Positions 20,018 through 29,038 of a stretch of DNA of 64,000 bases are shown here, piece after piece. Each line of letters begins with the position of its first letter. The stretch's first letter is position 1. The stretch lies in NCBI GenBank assembly GCA_963708025.1, contig CAVPSB010000018.1:1-64000 (forward strand). Reading direction: 5' to 3'. Both the position numbers and the translations under genes were made by a program. The notes below the pieces were generated by a model. The model was not told the origin of the DNA and did no database searches. It saw nothing but the letters and a program-made list of their open reading frames with translations. The stretch is from an uncultured Candidatus Rokubacteria bacterium (GTDB lineage Bacteria; Methylomirabilota; Methylomirabilia; Rokubacteriales; DASRDR01).

Positions 20018-21139
20018 CTACGGCGCCAGCGCGGCGCGGGTGATGCGGTTCGCCGGGCCTTCGCGGTTGTACCACTCGGCCTCCAGGAAGGCGTCGTTGA
20101 TCCGCTCGAGCGGGAAGGTGTGCGAGACGAGCCGATCGAAGGGGTACCGGGTGCGGCTCCGCTGCAGGAACTCGAGCGCGCGGGGGATCACCCACGGGTC
20201 GTACATGACGACGCCCACGATGCGCTTCGACCCCCAGACGAGCGTCGAGGGGTCGAGCTCCACCGTGCGGCCCCGGCTGATGCAGCCGATCTCGAGGTAG
20301 GTGCCGCCGTGGCGCAGCATCTCGATCCCCTCCGGTACCACCGGCGGGAAGCCGACGAAGTCACACGCCACGTCGGCGCCGCGCCCGCCGGTCCAGTCGC
20401 GGACCTGCTTCACGCGCGCCTTGCGATCGGGCGTCTCGGTGAGGCTCACCGTGTGGTCGGCGCCGAAGGCCCGGGCCAGCTCGAGCCGCTCGGCGACCTG
20501 ATCGACGACGATGATCGTCGCCGCGCCCATGTCGCGCGCGACCGCGGTGGCCTGGATGCCCAGCCCGCCGGCGCCCTGGATCACGACGCTGTCGCCGAAG
20601 CGCAGGCCGGCCTGCGTGAGCCCGTAGAGGACCTGGGACAGCGCGCAGTTGACCGGCGAGACGAGGGCGTCCGGCAGCTCGTCGGGCACGCGGAAGCAGA
20701 AGCCGCCCGGCCGGAGGTAGTAGTACTCGGCGAAGGCGCCGACCCAGTGCGGGAACTCGCCGGGCCCCGTCGCCCGCCCGACCTTGGTCGGGCAGGCCGC
20801 CCGCTGGCCCTGGAGGCAGACGTAGCAGCGGCCGCACGGATAGAAGTAGCTGAAGGCGAGCCGGTCCCCCTCGCGGAGCGGGCGCCCGAGCGAGTCGGTC
20901 GCGACGCCGGACCCCAGCGCGGCCACCCGGCCGGTCATCTCGTGGCCGAAGATCCAGCCGTCGGGCGGGAGCGCCAGCGGGGCGTCGCCCCGCCAGAAGT
21001 GGAGGTCGGAGCCGCAGATGTTGGCGAGGGTGACGCGGATCAGCACCGCGCCCGGCTCGAGCGTCGGCAGCGGCAGCTCCTGGATCTGGAACGGCTTGCC
21101 GGGTCCGAAGAAAACGGCAGCCTTGCCGGTCTGAGCCAT
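20018..21139 (-). CDS. Zinc-dependent alcohol dehydrogenase (MDR family)
   Basis: CGSDLH, GHE, CxxCxxC, GAGGLG. Confidence 0.92.
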   Translation of the reverse strand: MAQTGKAAVFFGPGKPFQIQELPLPTLEPGAVLIRVTLANICGSDLHFWRGDAPLALPPDGWIFGHEMTGRVAALGSGVATDSLGRPLREGDRLAFSYFYPCGRCYVCLQGQRAACPTKVGRATGPGEFPHWVGAFAEYYYLRPGGFCFRVPDELPDALVSPVNCALSQVLYGLTQAGLRFGDSVVIQGAGGLGIQATAVARDMGAATIIVVDQVAERLELARAFGADHTVSLTETPDRKARVKQVRDWTGGRGADVACDFVGFPPVVPEGIEMLRHGGTYLEIGCISRGRTVELDPSTLVWGSKRIVGVVMYDPWVIPRALEFLQRSRTRYPFDRLVSHTFPLERINDAFLEAEWYNREGPANRITRAALAP

Positions 21140-21472
21140 GCGTGGACGACCTCCTGGCGGCGGGGTTCGCGTACGCGCGCGGGTCATGCTAGCACGCACC
21201 CGGAGGCGGTTCAAACGCGCGAGGCGCCGGCCCGGCGGGCCGCCGTCCGGCCGGCGTCGTCCCAGGGCAGCCCGCGTTGCCTCCGGGTCGCGCCACCCGG
21301 TCACATCATCGATCCGGGCGGAGGACACCCGATGCGAGCGGATCGACCGCTCGCGGGGCGGCCATGCCACGCCCCGTGGGACGAGCGAGACCGGGGCCCC
21401 CGGGAGGCACGCTCCCTGCAACGCGGCCACCTGACCGTGCGGTCCCACGCCACGTTGCCGGGATCCGACGGG

Positions 21473-21933
21473 CATCGGCTCCTGCTCGCGACCACCTCCG
21501 CCGGCGGCCTCCGCGTCAGCGAGGTCGTCGCCCTCAAGGTCGCCGACCTCGACGCCGACCGCATGACCATCCACATCAGTCAGGGCAAGGGTGGCCAGGA
21601 CCGCTACGTGCCGCTCTCCCAGCGGCTGCTGCAGGACTGGCGCGCGTACTGGTGCATCCGGCCCCCGCACGTCTGGCTCTTCGCCAACCGCCAGGGCACG
21701 CGCCCGATCGACATCACCGTCGCCCAGAAGCTCTACACGATGGCGAAGCTCCGCGCCGGCATTGCCAAGCAGGGCGGCATTCACGCGCTTCGTCACGCCG
21801 GAATCTGCCGACGGTACAGGCACTGCTGGGCCACCGCCACCTCTCTACCACTGCGCGCTATTTGCACCTGACACCCGGCCGCGTGCTCGCGACCGGCTCG
21901 CCCTTGGATCTGCCCGAGCCGCCCGGCGCCTGA
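21473..21933 (+). pseudogene. Tyrosine recombinase of IS91-associated type (N-terminally deleted, frameshifted)
   Basis: GLRVSE, GKGGQDR, HALRH, then a shifted frame QALLGHRHLSTTARY; lacks the IntI-specific insertion. Confidence 0.88.
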
Positions 21934-21936
21934 GTC

Positions 21937-22452
21937 GTGGCCCCGGCGTCGGCCGCCCCCGCGGGCGTCGGCGCTGAGCGAGCACACCGGGTCGAACTGG
22001 CCGACATCGTCCGCGCCCACGGCGCGGTGTATCAGTACGCCCACCCGCTGTGCCACGCCCAGCGCCGCGCTCTGCGCGCCATTGCGACGTGCCGCACGGC
22101 CGCGCTCGGCGGCCATCGCGCCGTCTGCACCGCCTGCGGCGCCGAGCGGATCACCTACAACTCCTGTCGGAATCGCCACTGCCCGAAATGCCAGCGAGTG
22201 GCCACCGAGCGCTGGCTCGCCGCGCGCCGCCGCGAGATCCTGCCGATTCCCTACTTCCACGTCGTCTTCACACTCCCCCACGCGCTCAACCCGCTGGCGC
22301 AAAGTCACCCGCGGCTGATTTATCGCCTGCTCTTTCAGAGCGCGGCCTCCACGCTGCTGCGCTTCGGTCGCGATCCGCGTCACCTCGGTGGCGACCTCGG
22401 CGTGACCGCCGTGCTCCACACCTGGGGCCAGACGCTCACGCAGCATGTGCAC
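21937..22452 (+). pseudogene. IS91-like (Y2/HUH) transposase, internally deleted
   Basis: ELADI, CRTAALGGH, YNSCRNRHCPKCQ zinc domain, YFHVVFTLP, HTWGQ..HVH, then abrupt loss of homology. Confidence 0.9.
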
Positions 22453-22515
22453 GTTGCTTCTAGCCACGCCGTCCCCGCGATACAATCCCCGTACGTCATG
22501 CGCGCGAGGGGTTTA

Positions 22516-22575
22516 GTCCAACTGGTTTTATCCGCCATGCTCGACGCACGACGGACAAAAGCCTGAACGTTATGC
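22516..22575 (+). other. attC-like recombination site at the end of the IS91-like unit
   Basis: RYYYAAC (GTCCAAC) ... inner inverted repeat TTTTATCCG/CGGACAAAA ... GTTRRRY-like core GTTATGC. Confidence 0.6.
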
Positions 22576-22673
22576 GGCATTCGACGCCGCGCGGCGTATC
22601 CTGTGTGATGGCTGCTATGGCCAGAAGCCGGCATTGGCTGCCGCTGCGGATTGACCGGCCAGGTCACCAAAGG

Positions 22674-23711
22674 ATGCCCGGCGCGATAAGAACCGCTTGC
22701 CTGGTGCTCCCGTTGTTGTTGACGCCCTCGCTCGCGGAGGCGAACGGGAAGGATATCGTTCTCGCCGACAGCCGGAGCGATGAGATAAGGAAAGGGACAG
22801 TCATCGGAAGTAAGGGCCGACATTTGAACGCCGATGACAGCATACGCGATCTCCTCGGCCACCCAGCCTTCGCCGGTTTCGCGAGGCTGCTTTTGCCGTG
22901 GGATGGTCGTCGCTATGACCAAGCCATGCGCCTGAGCGATATCGGTTCGCTCCTGCCGTATCACAGCCACGTGGATCCTAAGACGGTGGTGGGCGCACTC
23001 AATCGCATGATCGACGATGTGAATAGCGGTCACGCCGTGTTCTACCCGTTCTACAGCGAAGAACAGAAGCAGAAGCAACCCGCACGCGAAAATACAGGTT
23101 TGTTCTTCTTCCGCGGAAAGCCCAGTGCTCCCTTCGCCGTGATATCCCCCGGCGGCGGCTTCTCCTATGTCGGCTCCGTCCACGAAGGGTTTCCCTATGC
23201 CACCGAGATCAGCGCCAGGGGCTACAACGCTTTCGTGCTGCGATATCGCGCAGGCTATGGCGGCGCAGTCGCCACCGAGGATCTAGCTGCAGCCATCTCC
23301 TACATCTTCCGCAACGCGAAGGCGCTCGGCGTCAGCATCCGGGACTACTCCCTTTGGGGAAGCTCGGCCGGCGCAAGGATGGCGGCTGCCATCGGTTCGC
23401 ACGGCGTTGCCGCCCATGGCGGCGACATGCTTCCAAAACCGTCAGCTGTCGTGATGGCCTACACAGCCCATTCAGATTACTCGTCCGCTGAGCCTCCGAC
23501 CTTCGTCGTGGTCGGCGAACAGGACGCAATCGCGCCGCCGTCGTCGATGGAAAGACGAATTGCGGCCCTGCGCAGCGCAGGAATAGAGGTGGAGTACCAT
23601 AAGTATAGAAATCTCGGTCATGGCTTCGGGCCAGGAACCGGGACCAGCGCCGAAGGCTGGATCGCGGACGCCGTTCGGTTCTGGGAAAAGTTCATCACCC
23701 AACGGAACTGA
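22674..23711 (+). CDS. Secreted alpha/beta hydrolase (esterase-like), integron-type cassette gene
   Basis: Signal peptide, PGGGF, GSSAG nucleophile elbow, D and HGFG; visibly lower GC than flanks; start uncertain. Confidence 0.85.
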   Translation: MPGAIRTACLVLPLLLTPSLAEANGKDIVLADSRSDEIRKGTVIGSKGRHLNADDSIRDLLGHPAFAGFARLLLPWDGRRYDQAMRLSDIGSLLPYHSHVDPKTVVGALNRMIDDVNSGHAVFYPFYSEEQKQKQPARENTGLFFFRGKPSAPFAVISPGGGFSYVGSVHEGFPYATEISARGYNAFVLRYRAGYGGAVATEDLAAAISYIFRNAKALGVSIRDYSLWGSSAGARMAAAIGSHGVAAHGGDMLPKPSAVVMAYTAHSDYSSAEPPTFVVVGEQDAIAPPSSMERRIAALRSAGIEVEYHKYRNLGHGFGPGTGTSAEGWIADAVRFWEKFITQRN

Positions 23712-23871
23712 TGCGCCGGATGCCCCGCTGCTCCGTCTGTCCACGCGGCTATTCAACCGCTTCCAATGCCGGTGGCGTCGACTCGCATCTGCGTGTCGCG
23801 TCCTTCCCCAAGCAAAACATGTCTGCTTTGGGCGAAAGTGGATAACCAGTGGCTGCCTCAACCAAAATGCC

Positions 23872-23949
23872 GCATAACTTCCGCATGCACCTGACCGGCT
23901 CCAGCGGGCTTCGCCCGCTTCCGCCGGCAGGTGATGCGGGGCGTTATGC
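23872..23949 (+). other. Integron attC site (78 bp)
   Basis: R'' GCATAAC; L'' ATGCACCTG pairing with L' CAGGTGAT via extrahelical base; central hairpin GCGGGC-TTC-GCCCGC; R' GTTATGC. Confidence 0.88.
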
Positions 23950-23984
23950 CGGACTCGCGAGCAACGAGGAGCAGCGGCGCTGTC

Positions 23985-24185
23985 ATGGCACTCACGCATT
24001 GGGACCGCAGTCGGTGCCTTGACGATCTCGACCCGCCGGCATAGGGAAAGCCGACGTTCAACTCGTACCTCGTCACGACTTGTCACCGCCTACGCCGGAA
24101 GCCGATCGGGGAGTTCTCGACCGAGGACCTCCGCATCATGATCGGCCAGTCGATCTCGCTTGAGTTCCTCGTGCCGCTCGCCTTA
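23985..24185 (+). pseudogene. CdiI-like contact-dependent inhibition immunity protein (second cassette; nonsense codon, truncated)
   Basis: MALTHWDRSRCLDDLDPPA*GKPTFNSYLVTTCHRLRRKPIGEFSTEDLRIMIGQSISLEFLVPLA; TAG at 24042 where Trp is expected. Confidence 0.7.
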
Positions 24186-24231
24186 GTTCCTTCCGGATCG
24201 GGCTGCCCGGGTCATATCATCGAGTCTCGTG

Positions 24232-25605
24232 ATGAGCGGTCACGGTCTCCGTCGGTGGATCCTGGCGGCCATGCTCGTCGCCGGCGCGGCGCTCTGGTGG
24301 AGCCACGCGCCGGCGCCTCCCCGGGCGGGCGGCCCGCTGACTCACGAGGCCTACGTCTGGCAGCGGGTGTGGACGCCGCCCGTCGTCGAGGCCGTCCGGG
24401 CGCACGCCGTCGCCTTCGCGCGCCTGGTGGTGCTCGGGGCCGAGGTGTGGTGGCACCCGGGGCCCGGCGGAGCGCGGGTGCCCGAGGTGACCCGCGTGCC
24501 CCTCCGGGGCGACGTCCTCGGTGCCCTCCACCGCGAGGGCTTCCCCATCGGCCTCGCGCTGCGCATCGGTCCTCACCCGGGACCGTTCGCGGCCGACGAC
24601 GCGGGCGGGCGATTGCTTCGCGAGACCGCGATCGCCCTGGTGACCGACGCGCGGGACCAGGGCCTCGACCCGGCCGAGCTCCAGCTCGACTTCGACGCGG
24701 CGGAGTCGCAGCTCGAGGGCTACCGGGTCTGGGTGGAGTCGATCCGCCACGCGCTGCGCGGCCCCGGCGCCCCGGCGGTGCCGGTGACCCTGACCGCCCT
24801 GCCGAGCTGGCTCCCCCACGCCGCCTTCACGCGCCTCGCCCGCGCCAGCGACGGCTTCGTGCTCCAGGTCCACTCCCTCGATCGGCCGGCGCGCGCCGAT
24901 GCCCCGCTCGTGCTCGCGGACCCGGCGGCCGCGCGGCGCTGGGTCGAGCAAGCCGCCCGCGCCGGCGTTCCCTTCCGGGTCGCGCTGCCGACACACGGGT
25001 ATCGCCTGGCCTTCGACGGGCGCGGCCGCTTCCTGGGCGCCGCCGCCGAGCAAGGCCGGATCCTGGCGTCGCCTGGCAGCGGCGCCCGGGTGCGGGAGCT
25101 CCGGGCCGACCCGGATGCAATGGCGGCGCTCGTCCGGGCGTGGACCGACGGCGCCGTGGCCCGGCCGGCCCTGCTGCAGGGAATCCTCTGGTACCGGCTG
25201 CCGACGCCCGACGACGAGCTGAACTGGCGCTGGCCGACGCTGGCCGCCGTGATGCAGGGCCGGGCGCCGCGCGGGGTGCTGGCGGCGCGGGCGCGCGCCG
25301 TCGTACCGGGGCTGGTCGAGATCGAGGTCGTGAACACCGGCGACGCTGACGTTGCCCTGGACGCGCCCGACCTGGCGGTCGTCGCGCGGTGGAGCGCCGC
25401 GGCCTCCGACGGACCGGCCCCGCGGGTGATCGCGATGGACGCCGTCGGCGGCTTCGACGCGCGCCAGGGTATGGGCTCGGTGCGGCTCACCCCGACGGCC
25501 ACCGGACGCGCCTCTCGCCTCGGCCCCGGCGAACAGCGCCTCGTCTCCTGGATTCGCTTCTCCATTCCGGCCCGCGTGAGCGCCGATGTCGAGCCGCCCC
25601 GCTAG
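24232..25605 (+). CDS. DUF3142-like exported protein
   Basis: AYVWQRVW, LQLDFD, TALPSW, FVLQVH, VALPT, WYRLP..DELNW. Confidence 0.78.
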   Translation: MSGHGLRRWILAAMLVAGAALWWSHAPAPPRAGGPLTHEAYVWQRVWTPPVVEAVRAHAVAFARLVVLGAEVWWHPGPGGARVPEVTRVPLRGDVLGALHREGFPIGLALRIGPHPGPFAADDAGGRLLRETAIALVTDARDQGLDPAELQLDFDAAESQLEGYRVWVESIRHALRGPGAPAVPVTLTALPSWLPHAAFTRLARASDGFVLQVHSLDRPARADAPLVLADPAAARRWVEQAARAGVPFRVALPTHGYRLAFDGRGRFLGAAAEQGRILASPGSGARVRELRADPDAMAALVRAWTDGAVARPALLQGILWYRLPTPDDELNWRWPTLAAVMQGRAPRGVLAARARAVVPGLVEIEVVNTGDADVALDAPDLAVVARWSAAASDGPAPRVIAMDAVGGFDARQGMGSVRLTPTATGRASRLGPGEQRLVSWIRFSIPARVSADVEPPR

Positions 25606-27682
25606 CGTCCGCGTGCTCGCGGCCTGGGGGCTGGGCGTGGCCACGGCGCTCGCCGTCGGCATCGCGCTGGCCTGTGGGCCTTTTCTCGAGCCGCGGCTCT
25701 TCTTCCATTCCGACGACGTCGTGATCGCGGCGCCCCGGATGGTCTTCGAGAAGGAGGTCGAGCGGCTCAAACCGGTCGGCCCACCTGTGTTCGTCCCGCC
25801 GGCGCTCCCCGGTGACCAGCGGGGGCAGACCCTGTGGGCCGATGTCGGCGACCTCGAGGAGGCGCTGGATCGCGCCGGCGTCGTCACGTTGACACGGGAC
25901 GGGCTGCTGGCCGCCTACAAGGCGGCCCGGGGACGACTCTTCCAGGTCGAGGGGAAGAAGGCGTCGGACGCCGGGCCGGTGCCGCCAGACATCCCGCCGG
26001 AGTTCGCCGACTACCTGCGCGGCGCGATGGCGTATCACGCGAGGCGGCCCGACGAGGCCCGTCAGGCCTGGCAGGCGGTCCTCGCACGGCCTCCGGAGGA
26101 GCGCCGCGCCCGCTCGACCTGGGCGGCGTTCATGCTCGGGCGGAGCCTGCTCGAGACGGACGCGGGGGAGGCGGTGGGCTGGTTCCGTCGGGTCCGCGAG
26201 CTGGCCGGCGCCGGCTTCGCCGACAGCCTGGGACTCGCCGCGGCGAGCATCGGCTGGGAGGCGCGGGCCGAGCTGCGGCGCGGCGAGTACGAGCGCGCGA
26301 TCGAGCTCTACCTGATCCAGCTCGCGGCCGGGGACGCGACGGCCTCCCTGTCCCTCGAGCTGACCGCTCGGCGGATCGTCGCCGCGGGCACGCTCGCCCG
26401 CGTCGCGAGGCACCCCCAGGCCCGGCGCGTGGTCACCGCCTACGTCCTCTCGCGGCGCGAGCCGGTCCTCTACCCCGGCGGCTGGGTCGCGCGCCTCGCC
26501 GGCGACTGGCTCGCCGCGCTCGAGCAGACGCAGAGCGCCGACGTGGCGGATGCCGATCGGCTGGCGGCCGTCGCCTACCAGGGCGGAGACCTGGCGCAGA
26601 CGGCCCGTTGGTTGGCCCTCGCCCCCACCGACTCGCCGATCGCCCAGTGGCTGCAGGCCAAGCTGCTGCTGCGTGGCGGGAAGCTCGATGAGGCGGCGGC
26701 GCGCCTCGCGCAGGCGAGTCGGAGCTTCCCGCTCGTCACGGGGCGCTTCCTCCTCGACGACGACTGGTACGTCATGTACGACTACTACGGCGAATCCCGC
26801 ACGGCATCCCTGGCGATCCGGCTCGAGGCCGGCATCCTCCACCTGACCCGCCGCCAGTACGCCGAGGCGCTCGATGCGCTGCTCCGCGCGCGCTTCTGGA
26901 CCGACGCCGCGTACGTCGCCGAGCGCGTCCTGACACCGGACGAGCTGGTCGCGTACGTCGATCGCGAGTGGCCACCGTCCGCCGTGCAGGAGCCGCCGGC
27001 CCAGGAGAGGAGGTTGTGGGACGGGAACCGGCCGCCCGAACGCCTCGGCGCCCACCTCCGCCATCTCCTGGCCCGCCGCCTCGCCCGGCTCGGGCGCTTT
27101 GCCGAGGGCCGCAAGTACATGCCCGCACGCTTCCGGCCCGACCTCGACGCCTACGTGGCGGCGCTCGAGGCGGGACACGACCGGCGCCGCCCCGCGGACG
27201 GCTCGGGCAGCCGCGCGCTCGCGCTGTGGCAGGCGGCGCGGCTCGCGCGGGGGCGCGGCATGGAGCTGTTCGGGATGGAGCTGTCGCCGGACGCCTACGT
27301 GTACGACGGCGACCTCGAGATCGAGGCCGGCTTGGAGGAGACCAGCGGCCGGGCCAAGGGCCCGCTCACGGGCGCCAGTGCCGACGAGCAGCTCCGCGCC
27401 GCGCGGCATCGCCTGCACCCCGAGCGCCGATTCCACTATCGGTTCCTCGCGGCCGACCTCGCCTGGCAGGCCGCCGCCCTCATGCCGAATCAGGATCCCC
27501 GGACGGCGAAGGTCCTCTGGACCGCGGGCTCGTGGCTGAAGGAGCGGGCACCGAGGGACGCCGACCGCTTCTACAAGGCGCTCGTCCGGCGCTGCGGCAG
27601 CACGCCGCTCGGACACGAGGCGGACCGGCTCCGCTGGTTCCCCGCCGTCGATCCGACGGACGGCGCGAAGCCCGAGCCCTGA
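25586..27682 (+). CDS. Large exported helical-repeat (TPR-like) hypothetical protein
   Basis: Signal peptide ending ACGP; Ala/Leu-rich helical repeats; overlaps the DUF3142-like gene. Confidence 0.75.
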   Translation: MSSRPASVRVLAAWGLGVATALAVGIALACGPFLEPRLFFHSDDVVIAAPRMVFEKEVERLKPVGPPVFVPPALPGDQRGQTLWADVGDLEEALDRAGVVTLTRDGLLAAYKAARGRLFQVEGKKASDAGPVPPDIPPEFADYLRGAMAYHARRPDEARQAWQAVLARPPEERRARSTWAAFMLGRSLLETDAGEAVGWFRRVRELAGAGFADSLGLAAASIGWEARAELRRGEYERAIELYLIQLAAGDATASLSLELTARRIVAAGTLARVARHPQARRVVTAYVLSRREPVLYPGGWVARLAGDWLAALEQTQSADVADADRLAAVAYQGGDLAQTARWLALAPTDSPIAQWLQAKLLLRGGKLDEAAARLAQASRSFPLVTGRFLLDDDWYVMYDYYGESRTASLAIRLEAGILHLTRRQYAEALDALLRARFWTDAAYVAERVLTPDELVAYVDREWPPSAVQEPPAQERRLWDGNRPPERLGAHLRHLLARRLARLGRFAEGRKYMPARFRPDLDAYVAALEAGHDRRRPADGSGSRALALWQAARLARGRGMELFGMELSPDAYVYDGDLEIEAGLEETSGRAKGPLTGASADEQLRAARHRLHPERRFHYRFLAADLAWQAAALMPNQDPRTAKVLWTAGSWLKERAPRDADRFYKALVRRCGSTPLGHEADRLRWFPAVDPTDGAKPEP

Positions 27683-27787
27683 CCGGGCCCGAGGTTCGTC
27701 ACCGGCGCCGGATCGGCGTTGCGGCGGCCCCGAAGCCGGGATATCCTGGCGCGCGGCGGTCGGGCTCCGGCCGCGGGAGGCACACGC

Positions 27788-28294
27788 GTGGGCTACGTCG
27801 AGCGGCACCTTCTGCCGAACGAGCGGGTTCTCTACAAGACGCGGCTCCACTGGATCCTCTTCGCGAAGCCGGCGCTGCTCGTCCTGGTCGGCCTGGTCCT
27901 TGCCGCGGTCCTCTGGCGGGTCCAGAATCCGCCCTGGCTCTGGTACGTCGGGCTCGTGGTCCTCGTGGCGGGCCTGGTCTGGAGCCTGGTCCACGTCGTC
28001 GAGCTGCTGACCTCCGAGTTCGCCGTCACCACCACGCGGCTCATCTTCAAGGTGGGCCTCATCGCGCGGTACACGACGGAGCTGCTGCTCTCGAAGGTGG
28101 AGTCGGTCGGCGTCACCCAGGGGCTCCTGGGCCGCATCCTGCGCTACGGCGACCTCACGGTGACCGGGACCGGGGGGGCCCGCGAGGTCTTCCGCCGCGT
28201 CGGGGACCCGATCGGCTTCCGGAACCACGTCCAGCACGCCTCCGTGCTCCGGGAAGGCGGCGAGGCCGGCGGCGTCCCGCCGGCGCCCCGCTGA
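27788..28294 (+). CDS. Membrane protein with bacterial PH domain
   Basis: Two TMs then EFAVTTTRLIFKVG...Q.LLGRILRYGDL; GGGAGG RBS + GTG. Confidence 0.85.
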   Translation: MGYVERHLLPNERVLYKTRLHWILFAKPALLVLVGLVLAAVLWRVQNPPWLWYVGLVVLVAGLVWSLVHVVELLTSEFAVTTTRLIFKVGLIARYTTELLLSKVESVGVTQGLLGRILRYGDLTVTGTGGAREVFRRVGDPIGFRNHVQHASVLREGGEAGGVPPAPR

Positions 28295-28432
28295 GCGAGG
28301 CGCACGCCGAAGTATCGCGGGGTCTGCGGCGGTCGGTGCTCAGTGAGGAGCAGCGTCCGAGCGCCGGCTTCGCCGGCGCAACCGAGGGGGGGTTTCGGGG
28401 GGGGGGGCTTCCGAGACCCCCCCCCGAAGAAA
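28295..28432. repeat. G/C-run palindromic intergenic element between convergent genes
   Basis: GCGCCGGC-TTC-GCCGGCGC hairpin and TTCGGGGGGGG...CCCCCCCCGAA stem. Confidence 0.5.
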
Positions 28433-28954
28433 CTAGCGCGGGGCCGGCGTGACGGCCGCCGCGCCGGCGAACTGGCGATCGAACCATTCGCCGTAGCGGG
28501 CGATGAGGGCGGGGTCGTCGAGGAAGAGCGCGTTCTCGAGATTCCGCTTCTCGGCCGCGTCGGTCCAGTTGTACGAGCCGGTGACGAGCAGCCGGCCATC
28601 GAAGATGGCGAACTTCTGGTGCATGACCCCGCGGCCACGGAAGATGCGGACGTCAACCCCGGCCGATTGGAGCACGGGAATCGTCGAGCGCTTGCCGCGC
28701 GCCTGGCGGCCGTCGGCGATGATGCGGACCACGACGCCGCGGTCCCGGGCGCGGATGAGGGCCATGGCCAGCTGGGCCGAGGTGAAGTCGAAGATCGCGA
28801 TGTCGATGGAGGCGGCCGCCCCGTCCACCTGCTCGACGAGTGCGGTCAGCGCGCCGTCGAAGTACACCTGCGGCGCCGCCGAAGCGGCCGCCGGCCAGAG
28901 CCCCAGGGCGCACGCCAGGAGCAGGGGTGTGGCGCGAAGCCGGTCGTAGGCCGT
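28433..28954 (-). CDS. Secreted phospholipase D/Nuc-family protein (single HKD)
   Basis: MHQKFAIFD...TGSYNWT..A..RNLEN; in-frame signal peptide upstream of the tracked GTG; apparent ACG start. Confidence 0.85.
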   Translation of the reverse strand, partial: TAYDRLRATPLLLACALGLWPAAASAAPQVYFDGALTALVEQVDGAAASIDIAIFDFTSAQLAMALIRARDRGVVVRIIADGRQARGKRSTIPVLQSAGVDVRIFRGRGVMHQKFAIFDGRLLVTGSYNWTDAAEKRNLENALFLDDPALIARYGEWFDRQFAGAAAVTPAPR

Positions 28955-29038
28955 GGTCGAAACCCTCCCGTCGGGCAGTGTATCGTGGAGGTACGGGGGG
29001 CGTCATCAAATGGATACAGGGGGTGGGCCCTGAACCCC

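Noticed and set aside
21270-21290. Left GTT core that would make the recombinase-IS91 unit itself a cassette
   Set aside because: GTTGCCT matches the expected complement of GTCCAAC poorly, and the left end is deleted or rearranged
19925-21871. 648-aa integrase fusion and 601-aa dehydrogenase
   Set aside because: Each extension is antisense read-through of the neighbouring gene
21473-21933. Integron integrase IntI
   Set aside because: Lacks the IntI-specific insertion before the HxxR box, is co-oriented with the cassettes, and is coupled to an IS91-like transposase
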